Assembly (NCBI GenBank): GCA_049322915.1
Contig: JBMOPW010000002.1
Coordinates: 32,001-96,000, forward strand
DNA: 64,000 bases
Source of the DNA: Candidatus Zhuqueibacterota bacterium
GTDB taxonomy: Bacteria; Zhuqueibacterota; Zhuqueibacteria; Thermofontimicrobiales; Thermofontimicrobiaceae
Reading direction: 5' to 3'
The translations under genes and the position numbers were made by a program. Under the pieces are notes generated by a model. That model was not told the DNA's origin, did no database searches, and saw nothing but the letters and a program-made list of their open reading frames with translations. Positions 37,968 to 47,746 of this stretch are shown here, piece after piece (position 1 is the stretch's first letter; each line of letters starts with the position of its first letter).

Positions 37968-39190
37968 TTGAATCCGCTCCATGAGTCTAAAAATAGGATC
38001 AAAGCCAATGCAGCTTTTTGAATGGCCGCGATGGCGATATGTTCTTCTTTGGAGTGAGCCGTGGACAGCGATCCGGCGCCGAACACGACAGTGGGAATTT
38101 TTAATTGTTCGGAATAGCGCCAGGCGTCGCACGACGCGTTCATGAATTCCGGTTTCGAAACAAAACCGGCCCGCTGCGCCGATTGCAGCATGGTTTGAAC
38201 GAGCGGATGGTTTTCTTCGGTGAACGAGGGATCGTTGTTGAGCATGTCAAAGTGAATCGTTGCATTGTCTGAATTGACCGCAGCGGATAATTCTTTTTGC
38301 ACCTCGGTCCGATTGAACGGCGGCAGGAATCCGAAGACTCCTTTCAGTTCTGCGTGACCGGGAGCAGCGGCTGGCCAGTTGCCGGAGTGCAGCATACCAA
38401 AAGTCAATGGCATGGGATTGGGATGTTCTGCAATTTTAGCGACGTGTTTGCGAGACGCTTGCAGCAGCTTTTCCCGCACGCCTTCAATGGCGTCCATCGC
38501 GTTGATGGCCTCTTTCAACGCGCTCACCGTTGTGCCGGGACTGCCGCTGTGTCCGGCCTTGCCTCGGGTTTCGACCGTGAACCACACAGCGCCGCGGATG
38601 AGGTGGATGACCTGCAATTCAGTCGGCTCCATCACAATGGCGGCGTCCGCTTTCAGCCCATTGCGCACAACGAGCAGCGAGCCATTCCCGCCGCATTCTT
38701 CTTCCAGCACAAAATCGATGGTGACGTCGCCCCGGGGACGCAGTCCGAGTTCGGCAAGGCTGGCTAACACCAGCCAGAGCGTGGCGATCTGGCCTTTGCA
38801 GTCATTGGCGCCGCGGCCGTAAATTTTACCATCGCTTTCGACGGGATCAAACGCGTTATCCTGACCGGCCGAGGCCGGCACCACATCCAGATGGGTGTTG
38901 ATAGCCACGGACCGGCTCTGACCAACGCCGTTGAGTTTCACCCGCAGATTTGCCGCGCCATTGTACATGAAATTTTCGATTCGAAACGAGTAGTCCGGGT
39001 CAGCGACTATGGATTCCGGCATTTCCACCAGTTCAGCCGAATCGGCGAAAGGCTCGATCTTTGATTTCAGAAAGCGACTGATGTCCTTTTCCTGCCCCCG
39101 AACCGACGGAATCCGAATGAGCTCCTTCAGCAGTCCCACGGCGTCGGCCGTCCGATTTTTAATGATGCGGGCGATCGTGTTTATTTCCAT
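37964..39190 (-). CDS. M20 family metallopeptidase (ArgE/DapE-like)
   Basis: THLDVV, GRGANDCKG, EEE, MEPT and AHSKEE. Confidence 0.92.
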   Translation of the reverse strand: MEINTIARIIKNRTADAVGLLKELIRIPSVRGQEKDISRFLKSKIEPFADSAELVEMPESIVADPDYSFRIENFMYNGAANLRVKLNGVGQSRSVAINTHLDVVPASAGQDNAFDPVESDGKIYGRGANDCKGQIATLWLVLASLAELGLRPRGDVTIDFVLEEECGGNGSLLVVRNGLKADAAIVMEPTELQVIHLIRGAVWFTVETRGKAGHSGSPGTTVSALKEAINAMDAIEGVREKLLQASRKHVAKIAEHPNPMPLTFGMLHSGNWPAAAPGHAELKGVFGFLPPFNRTEVQKELSAAVNSDNATIHFDMLNNDPSFTEENHPLVQTMLQSAQRAGFVSKPEFMNASCDAWRYSEQLKIPTVVFGAGSLSTAHSKEEHIAIAAIQKAALALILFLDSWSGFK

Positions 39191-40824
39191 CGATAAATTC
39201 GCGCCTCCCAGGGGTTGAGTTGCTTTTCATTTCGGGCAGATTGGGAATCATTGCTGAAGACAAGTTCGGTCGCGCGCGAGTCCAATGGACCCGGCGCCGC
39301 GCAGGGTTCCGATTGCCAATTCAAAACAACGGTGAACATCGCCGGGGCGAGATGCCTCTGGTACATGAGCAGATGGCTTGAACCGGTATCCACGATGGAA
39401 AAATCGCCGTGGACGAACGCTGCGTTATCCTTGCGGAAGCGGATCATCCGGCGGTAGTAATTCAGCACGGAATCGTTATCATGCTCATTGGCTTCCACGT
39501 TTATCGTTCCGAAATTGGGATTCACGCGGATCCACGGCTGGCCAGTCGAAAAGCCGGCATGGGCGTCCGCAGACCATTGCATCGGCGTCCTGGCGTTATC
39601 GCGGGATCGCTCCGCCAGATACTCCAGCACCTCGCTCGGTGACTTGCCACTGCTGATTTCCAGGGCGTAACGATTTTTCATGTCAATGTCGCGATAGTCG
39701 TCAATCGAATCGAAACGGACATTGGTCATGCCTATCTCTTCGCCCTGGTACAGGAACGGCGTGCCGGGGACAGTCAGCAGAAACGTGGCGATCAGTGTGG
39801 CGGACTGACGGTGAAAATTTTTTTCATCCCCCAATCGGGACACCTGTCGCGGCGAATCGTGGTTATTGAACGTGATGGTGTTCCAGGCCTTGCCGCGAAA
39901 CGCGCGATACCACGCGTCCACTTTCTGAAGGCGTTCCCGGGGCGCGTCCGGCCAGCCCATGATATCGAATTGAAAAATCAGGTTCAGTTCCTGCCTGTCC
40001 TCGGCGACATAGTCCAGGCTGTTATTCGGATACAATCCGCCGCATTCGCCCACCGTCATCACGTCGTAATGAGAGAGCACCTCGCGGTTCATGGCATGCA
40101 GAATGTCGTGTATGCCCGGCTGATTCATATACAGCCGATGATCCAGCACCGGCTGCCCGCTCGGATGATCTTTGGGCGTCTCGGCGTCTGGCAGACCGGC
40201 TGGTTTGGCCAAAAAATTGATCACATCCATCCGAAAACCATCCACGCCTTTGTCCAGCCAGTAGCGCATCATGGCGAATATTTCGCGTTTCACCTGCGGA
40301 TTCTGCCAGTTGAGGTCCGGCTGCTTTTTCGAAAACAGATGCAGGTAATATTCCTCAGTGGCGGCATCGTATTCCCAGGCCGGCCCGGTGAAGAACGAAG
40401 CCCAATTGTTGGGAGGTACGCCGTTATTGCCTTTTCGCCAGATGTAAAAATCCCGCTTGGGATTGTCCTTCGAAGATCGCGCGGCGATGAACCAGGGGTG
40501 CTCATCCGACGTGTGGTTCACGACCAGATCCATGACAACCCGAATCTGACGCTCGTGGGCGCGCTGCAACAGCAGATCGAAATCAGCCATGGCGCCGAAT
40601 TCGTCCATGATGCCGTAGTAGTCGGAAATGTCGTAGCCATTATCATCGTTGGGGGATTTGTACACCGGTGACAGCCAGATGGTATTCACGCCGAGGCGTT
40701 GCAGGTAATCCAGCTTGCTCAGAATGCCGGGCAAATCCCCGACGCCATCGCCGTTGGAGTCCTTAAAACTCCGCGGGTAAATTTGATAGACAATCGCTTC
40801 TTTCCACCAGGGCTGATTCTTCAT
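39181..40824 (-). CDS. GH13 alpha-glucosidase / oligo-1,6-glucosidase
   Basis: YQIYPRSF, DLVVNH, QPDLN, GFRMDV and NNHD. Confidence 0.93.
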   Translation of the reverse strand: MKNQPWWKEAIVYQIYPRSFKDSNGDGVGDLPGILSKLDYLQRLGVNTIWLSPVYKSPNDDNGYDISDYYGIMDEFGAMADFDLLLQRAHERQIRVVMDLVVNHTSDEHPWFIAARSSKDNPKRDFYIWRKGNNGVPPNNWASFFTGPAWEYDAATEEYYLHLFSKKQPDLNWQNPQVKREIFAMMRYWLDKGVDGFRMDVINFLAKPAGLPDAETPKDHPSGQPVLDHRLYMNQPGIHDILHAMNREVLSHYDVMTVGECGGLYPNNSLDYVAEDRQELNLIFQFDIMGWPDAPRERLQKVDAWYRAFRGKAWNTITFNNHDSPRQVSRLGDEKNFHRQSATLIATFLLTVPGTPFLYQGEEIGMTNVRFDSIDDYRDIDMKNRYALEISSGKSPSEVLEYLAERSRDNARTPMQWSADAHAGFSTGQPWIRVNPNFGTINVEANEHDNDSVLNYYRRMIRFRKDNAAFVHGDFSIVDTGSSHLLMYQRHLAPAMFTVVLNWQSEPCAAPGPLDSRATELVFSNDSQSARNEKQLNPWEARIYRWK

Positions 40825-40926
40825 GATGATCGTTCCTTGCATGTCGTGTGGCTGTTGCCGAATCGGGCGCGCGATTCGGCTCAATCTCTATTTGTAAAAT
40901 TGAAGTTTACGCCGGGCAAAGCCCAT

Positions 40927-41691
40927 TCACTTGATCGCGTCATCCGGACTGGATTTCGACCCGTCCCATAAAAATAGTCCTGAGAAAAAAGCATCCTGAA
41001 TGAACCGATGCTGCTTTCTCAGGGCATCGGGCGACGCTGGATTTTTGGCCGGCCACAGCGCGCCGAAGGTTTTCCCGCCCACCTTTTTATAGCTGCACAG
41101 AGCGAATATCCCGGTCACGTCGCTGCCGGCCGTGGCCAGCCAGCCGACGTCAAGTCCGTAATACGTCTTCATGAAATGGCTCGAACCGGATTGGGGATAG
41201 AGGTAGAAACCAAAGACATTGTCGAAACGTCCGGCAAAGGTGTCCAACGGTTTTTCGGCTCGGGCTATCCAGTGAGTGGAATCCGTGTCGCCCAGCGTGT
41301 GCCGCCAGCCATCGCCGGGGTGCGGCTGCGATTTGGCCAGCTTTTGCTCCCGAAACGGATTGAGCAGGCGCATCAGCCAATCGTCGGTCACCGTGTCCAA
41401 TTCCGTTGAACCGAAATAGCCGTCTTTCAAAAAATAATAAAACGTGTCCGGCGAAAAAGTGCCATCCTGCCATTCCCCGATGAAGGTCGGCATGCCGTCC
41501 GCGCGCAGCTTCGTTCCAACAATACCGAACGTGATGGTCGAACTGTCATCCAAAAAAATCATCTGCGTGAAATCGCCCACCTGCAATGGCGTGTAGCTGA
41601 TGAAATTGGTCTCGACGACAGAGGGATCCATGTCGCAGGAAAGCAGCGACAGAACTATCAGCAGACGAACGAATTTTGAAATTTTTTCCAT
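40927..41691 (-). CDS. Hypothetical lipoprotein
   Basis: Signal peptide ending LLSC, 254 aa. Confidence 0.7.
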   Translation of the reverse strand: MEKISKFVRLLIVLSLLSCDMDPSVVETNFISYTPLQVGDFTQMIFLDDSSTITFGIVGTKLRADGMPTFIGEWQDGTFSPDTFYYFLKDGYFGSTELDTVTDDWLMRLLNPFREQKLAKSQPHPGDGWRHTLGDTDSTHWIARAEKPLDTFAGRFDNVFGFYLYPQSGSSHFMKTYYGLDVGWLATAGSDVTGIFALCSYKKVGGKTFGALWPAKNPASPDALRKQHRFIQDAFFSGLFLWDGSKSSPDDAIK

Positions 41692-41728
41692 TGGGTTTTT
41701 TAAGAGTTACTTTTCAAATAAAATTTAT

Positions 41729-41808
41729 CCCGAACGGCGCGCCTATTTGGAGAGATACGTCCCGGTCATTACCTGCGTCGGAAAAATATCCAGCGCGATC
41801 GTTAGCCC
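41729..41808 (-). other. attC-like site downstream of the HIT gene
   Basis: Minus strand GGGCTAAC-GAT-CGCGCTGGA...TCCAAATAGGCGCG-CC-GTTCGGG, an imperfect hairpin 15 nt after the stop codon. Confidence 0.45.
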
Positions 41809-41822
41809 TTGCTCGGTAGTTG

Positions 41823-42332
41823 TTAAACAACATTACCGCGGTCTTCGATCTCTAACAGGACAGACCGAATGAGTTGGGCAGTCTCGTTTCCATTGGTTAG
41901 AGGTAGACGTTCCAAAACAAATCGCTTCGATCCAATCAGGTCATCGGGATACCGTGGAAATAGCTGAAAGTGCAAGTGATTGATCTCACCGTCGCACATT
42001 GTGTTCAAATAAACCTTCTTCGCGCCTAAGGCCTTCTTGATAGCCTTGATGGTTTTGACACACATTCGAAAGACACAGGCGGCTTCGTCTTCCGACAGAA
42101 AGGAAATGTCCTCGCGGTGCGGCTTATAAACAATGATTGTATGTCCCTTCATCCGAGGATAGAGATCCAACACCACCTTGAAAAGTTCATCTTCGTACAC
42201 AAGGTATTGCTCTCCAAAGAGCTGACCCGTCGCGAGATCATAGCAAGTATAACAGATACCCCGCTGTCTCAGTTCCTCGATTCTTTGAACCAATTGCTCA
42301 CGCTTCTGTTTCCAGTCATTAGAGATGTCCAT
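41823..42332 (-). CDS. HIT family protein (HxHxQ variant)
   Basis: CYTC, YPRMKGH and NHLHFQLFPRY. GGAG RBS before ATG 42332. Confidence 0.85.
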   Translation of the reverse strand: MDISNDWKQKREQLVQRIEELRQRGICYTCYDLATGQLFGEQYLVYEDELFKVVLDLYPRMKGHTIIVYKPHREDISFLSEDEAACVFRMCVKTIKAIKKALGAKKVYLNTMCDGEINHLHFQLFPRYPDDLIGSKRFVLERLPLTNGNETAQLIRSVLLEIEDRGNVV

Positions 42333-42423
42333 TGCGTTCTCCGACAACATAATACCGCTTGACATTCACTATCGTGATGGCGACAATCGGGCTAACATGT
42401 GGATAGACAACAGATTCTATAGA

Positions 42424-43710
42424 TTACACTTCTCCAAGCACTCTATCCAAAATTGAAACCGATTCGTCGATCAATTCCAGGGAGATGATGAGCGGCGGGG
42501 CCACGCGCATGACATTGCCATGCAATCCCAATTTGCCAACCATCAGCCCGTTCTCCACGCATCGGAGCACGATTTTCCTGGTCGCCTCGCTAGCAGGCTC
42601 TTTCGTCGCCCGATCTTTGACAAATTCGAGGCCATAGACCATGCCCATTCCGCGCACATCGCCAATGATGGGATGTTTGGCCTGTAATTCCAGGAGTTTC
42701 GTTTTCAAATACGCGCCGGTCTCGGCAGCTTTTTGAACCAGATTTTCTTCATCCATAATTTCCAACACGGCCAGCGCTCCGGCGCAGCTCAAAGGATTCC
42801 CGCCCAAGGTGGAGGACATTTCTCCTGTTTCCAGCGCAGCGATGATGCAGGACTCGGTGACCACTGCGGCGATGGGCACGCCGCAGCCAATCCCTTTACC
42901 CAGCGTGACGATATTCGGCTGCAATTGCTCGTGTTCCAGAGCCCACATTTTCCCGGTGCGGCCGTAGGAGGATTGCACCTCATCGAGAATGAAAATCAGG
43001 TTGCGGGCATTGGCCCACACTTCCAGTTTTTTCAAATAGCCAGCCGGCGGGAAAATGAATCCGGCTGCTCCCTGGTACGGCTCGATGATGAGCGCGCCCA
43101 GGTTGCCGGTCGATTCGTAATTCACAACCTGATCCAGATATTTCAGACAGAAGAGATCGCAGTCCGGGTGCGTTTTACCGAAGGGGCAGCGGTAACAATA
43201 GGGGTAGGGCGCGAACACAGCGCCGGGCAACATCGGGCCGAAATTTCGCTTGATCGATTGAATGCCGGACAGACTCATCGGGCCGAATGTACGGCCGTGG
43301 AATCCGCCCCAGAACGACAGAATTTCGAACTTGCCGCTTTTCCGTCTTGCCATGCGAATGGCGGCGTCGGTGGCCTCAGAGCCGGTGGTGACGAAGAAAA
43401 CTTTGTCCAGATGCGCAGGGAACCGCTCGATGATTTTTTGAGCCAATTCCAATCGCTGCGGCGAGGGAAAATCGTACAGGTTGAGCAGCCGCTCTGCCTG
43501 TTGGGATATCGCCCGGGCAATTTTCGGATGGGCATGGCCTACGTTGGTCACCAGCACGCCGGACGTCCAGTCGATGTAATGATTGCCGTCCACATCCCAG
43601 ATTTCAGCGCCGCGCGCATGGTCCCACACAACCGGGGCCTGCCAGCTAAACGTGGCGCCTTCATATTTTTCAGATAATTTCAGATAGTCATGGGTCTTTG
43701 TAAATTTCAT
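42424..43710 (-). CDS. Class III PLP aminotransferase (GabT-like)
   Basis: TGSEA, FHGRT, IEPYQG, DEVQSSYGRTG and LGKG. Confidence 0.92.
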   Translation of the reverse strand: MKFTKTHDYLKLSEKYEGATFSWQAPVVWDHARGAEIWDVDGNHYIDWTSGVLVTNVGHAHPKIARAISQQAERLLNLYDFPSPQRLELAQKIIERFPAHLDKVFFVTTGSEATDAAIRMARRKSGKFEILSFWGGFHGRTFGPMSLSGIQSIKRNFGPMLPGAVFAPYPYCYRCPFGKTHPDCDLFCLKYLDQVVNYESTGNLGALIIEPYQGAAGFIFPPAGYLKKLEVWANARNLIFILDEVQSSYGRTGKMWALEHEQLQPNIVTLGKGIGCGVPIAAVVTESCIIAALETGEMSSTLGGNPLSCAGALAVLEIMDEENLVQKAAETGAYLKTKLLELQAKHPIIGDVRGMGMVYGLEFVKDRATKEPASEATRKIVLRCVENGLMVGKLGLHGNVMRVAPPLIISLELIDESVSILDRVLGEV

Positions 43711-43723
43711 GGTCATCTCCGGG

Positions 43724-44599
43724 TCAGTGTTGATTTTCAAAATATTTTGGTTCATCATGCAAATGAATCATGAGGTGAATTCGGCTCCCGGCGCATTCCG
43801 CCAGTCCGAATTGCTGCTTGAAATCTTTGAAAGTGAATGCGCGCTCACTGGTTTCGAGAATTTCCAGATAGGGATCGAGATTGGTTCGGAGGTGTTCGAA
43901 GGTCCTTTTCGCTTCGATCGAGTCGGCGTGCAGAGTGATGATCTGCGTGAACTCTTTTCCCTGATCATCAATGTAATCGCCCACCACGCCGTAATTCCGT
44001 CCCTGCAATTGCAGAATGTCGCCCTCTCCGAACGTGAAAATTGGCTGGAGGCCGTACATCCCGCGGATGATTAATTCCGAGCCGGGGACAAGGTTGAATT
44101 TTGGCAAATGCCGGAGCAAATCGACCGGCGGCGTTTCCGGTATGTTCGAAAGCATGGCCTGCGCCAGCGCAACCAGCACAGGTCTGAACGCGTCATCGCC
44201 ATCGAAATTATTGAGCTGGATGAAGTAATCGCCCTGGACAAAGATCACCTGGTAGGTGTTGCCGGAATTGCGCGCCGCGATCTCTTCCAGGGGCGTTTCC
44301 TTCCCGCATTTCATCAGATAAATTCCCAGCGCCGCTTCAGGGCATTCCATCTGATAGGCTTCGAGGACGATTTCGTGGCTTCCGTTTTGATAAGGCTGCA
44401 CCTGCAATTCGACAAATCCGAATTCGAGAAATAGCTCTGCGCCGCCGTTGATGTGGTTGAACAGATCTTCTTTGGGAAAGCGCAGCAGCGAACCGGATTT
44501 GCTCCAGCCGGGGACGACATCGTTGCCGGGCAGGTCGATGCCGGCAACCAGAGGAGAAGAGAGAGAGAGTAAGAAACCGATTAAAAGTGTTCGGAGCAT
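43724..44599 (-). CDS. Exported hypothetical protein (DUF6599-like)
   Basis: Signal peptide and LFNHINGGAELFLEFGF motif. Confidence 0.7.
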   Translation of the reverse strand: MLRTLLIGFLLSLSSPLVAGIDLPGNDVVPGWSKSGSLLRFPKEDLFNHINGGAELFLEFGFVELQVQPYQNGSHEIVLEAYQMECPEAALGIYLMKCGKETPLEEIAARNSGNTYQVIFVQGDYFIQLNNFDGDDAFRPVLVALAQAMLSNIPETPPVDLLRHLPKFNLVPGSELIIRGMYGLQPIFTFGEGDILQLQGRNYGVVGDYIDDQGKEFTQIITLHADSIEAKRTFEHLRTNLDPYLEILETSERAFTFKDFKQQFGLAECAGSRIHLMIHLHDEPKYFENQH

Positions 44600-44723
44600 A
44601 GGTTTTACTTGCTGAATTCAGATCGCCCTCAATTTCCGCACCAGGGCGATCATGCGTTGTTTCGGATTATTGCGGATGGCTCATTGGCCAGACCCATGGC
44701 GCGATCTGGCCATGCCGAGCCTG

Positions 44724-45836
<1,113 letters not shown>

Positions 45837-45895
45837 GATGTTCCTTCCGTTGGTGCGTATTCATTTTCTATTTTTGCCACGAAACTCGAAACAAA

Positions 45896-46038
45896 AAATC
45901 ACAAAATTAAAATCTCAAAATTCAAATAATACTCAATATCCAAAAAGCAAATTCAAAATAAAAAGCAGTAAATTTGGGAGCTTTGTGATTTCGAATTTAT
46001 TTTTATCTGGAATTTGTATTTTGCTTTTTGGAATTTTC
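45896..46038. repeat. AT-rich imperfect inverted repeat built from short degenerate units
   Basis: An A-rich arm (AAATTCAAAT, TCCAAAAAGCAAA) is mirrored by a T-rich arm (TTTGCTTTTTGGA). Confidence 0.55.
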
Positions 46039-46059
46039 AGTCTTAATCTTTGCCTATGC

Positions 46060-47271
46060 CTATGCCTTTATATGCTGAATTTTCTCCGTGTTGGCGACGC
46101 CCAATCCCAGCCTTTCCCCGTAGTACAAATATTCGGTGAACATGGGGTGCTCATTCACGCGGACGTTTTTCTCCTTCCGAATTGCGAGCAGCAGATTATG
46201 GCACACCATATCCAGCGCAAAGGGATCGGTGGCGAAGAACAGCCGGTTGTAGTTGAATGTGAAAGCCGCATCCGGGCCGGGACCGCCGTCGTACTGGCCG
46301 CGCAGGCCATCGGTGATGTTGAGCACCATTTTATCCCGGATGACCGGAAAGGCCAGCACTTCGGTGCAGACATCGAAGAACAGCGGCCGATGCAGCCGAT
46401 TGGTATTGCACACGGCGCCGTAGCCGATATTTTTCGTGGCCATGGAAATGCCGTTGCCGGTATTTTTGAACACCGGCACATTGATGATTTTCGTCAGTTT
46501 TTTGGTGAGCAAATTGCCGAAATAGGAATGTTTTCCGTTGAACACATGCTGGTTGAGATAGGGCAAATCTTTGGGGCCATCGACGTCGGCCCAGTAAAAC
46601 GCTTCCATGTCAAAATTGGCAGCGCTCACGTGATTGCCGTCTTTGTCCAGCCATTTGCTGTTATCCTCGGTCTTTCCCTCCGCGGCCGCTTCGTCCATCG
46701 TCTGCAATCCCTCGATGCCAATGCCGGGAAAGCGATCCTGTGTAAATCCTGCGTCGGCGAGCATGTAATCGAAACGATCCCAGATGATGATATTCTGCCG
46801 CTTCATGCCATTGTCCGTGAGCCAGGCGATGATGGCGTCGACGACCTCCAGCCGGGTGCTGATCAATCCCGCGCCCACCGGATTGACTTTGATGCCGACG
46901 ATATCCTTTTTATCGAATAACAATTTGAAGCTCTTTTTCAGATTTTTGCCAGTCAGTTTTTCAATCCCGTCTTTCACCATGGCGTTGATGGCGTCGGCAT
47001 TGGGTTTTTCATCGACCAGGGCTTTCTCGTTGAAAATTTCCACCACTTTGCCGGGAAATGGACCGGGCATCGAATTGGCCAGTCGCGGCGCCTTCATTGC
47101 ATCGTCGATATTCGTCTTTGGTTTTTGACGCGCCTGATTGGTTTTATCCTGCGCCCAAAGAGCGGGCGTGCCCAGGACGAGCCCGGCGCCAGCGGCGCTG
47201 CTGACTTTCAGAAATTCACGCCGGTTCACTTCAAAGATCGTTTTCATGGAACGATATCCTGATTTTGCCAT
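46060..47271 (-). CDS. DUF362-domain protein with Tat signal
   Basis: NRREFLK twin-arginine motif, VGIKVN, INVPVFK, SMATKN and TDPFALD. Confidence 0.85.
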   Translation of the reverse strand: MAKSGYRSMKTIFEVNRREFLKVSSAAGAGLVLGTPALWAQDKTNQARQKPKTNIDDAMKAPRLANSMPGPFPGKVVEIFNEKALVDEKPNADAINAMVKDGIEKLTGKNLKKSFKLLFDKKDIVGIKVNPVGAGLISTRLEVVDAIIAWLTDNGMKRQNIIIWDRFDYMLADAGFTQDRFPGIGIEGLQTMDEAAAEGKTEDNSKWLDKDGNHVSAANFDMEAFYWADVDGPKDLPYLNQHVFNGKHSYFGNLLTKKLTKIINVPVFKNTGNGISMATKNIGYGAVCNTNRLHRPLFFDVCTEVLAFPVIRDKMVLNITDGLRGQYDGGPGPDAAFTFNYNRLFFATDPFALDMVCHNLLLAIRKEKNVRVNEHPMFTEYLYYGERLGLGVANTEKIQHIKA

Positions 47272-47498
47272 GGCTTTCTCCTTGTTGGTTAGACCGTGTT
47301 ACTCCGAATTTTTCACGCTTGATATGATTGGAATATGGGTGTTGCTCATTGCCGGAATTGGCCTGATTCAATCGTCAGTGATGCCCATCTTCAGCCTGTC
47401 TTTCAGCAGTAAAATCAATTGAATGGTTGGCATAATATAATAATAATTCGTGATTCATACAACTTAAAAAATTGATAGGAAGAAATTTTACAAAAAAT

Positions 47499-47665
47499 TA
47501 GCCTGCATTATTCATCGTATTTTTAAAGGAGGCTGGCTAACCTGAATGGTGCTCTTTTTAGAATAAACGTATAAAAACTGAGTTTCAAAATAGCTTAGTT
47601 TTTAGCTAGTTGAAAATCTGAATGTTGACTCAAATTCTGAGCAAGTTCATGAATAATTCAGGTTA
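47499..47665. repeat. ~167-bp inverted-repeat element, family B copy 2
   Basis: Ends TAGCCTGCATTATTCAT / ATGAATAATTCAGGTTA. Shares internal TAACCTGAATGGTGC with copy 1. Confidence 0.75.
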
Positions 47666-47681
47666 GATTTTATGCTCTGGT

Positions 47682-47720
47682 AAAAAAAAAAGAACCCGCC
47701 TCTGAGTCGAAGACGGGTTC
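47682..47720 (-). terminator. Intrinsic terminator after the M16 peptidase
   Basis: GAACCCGTCT...AGGCGGGTTC followed by a T-run on the minus strand. Confidence 0.8.
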
Positions 47721-47746
47721 GGAATTTTGGCGCAATAATGGCTGAC

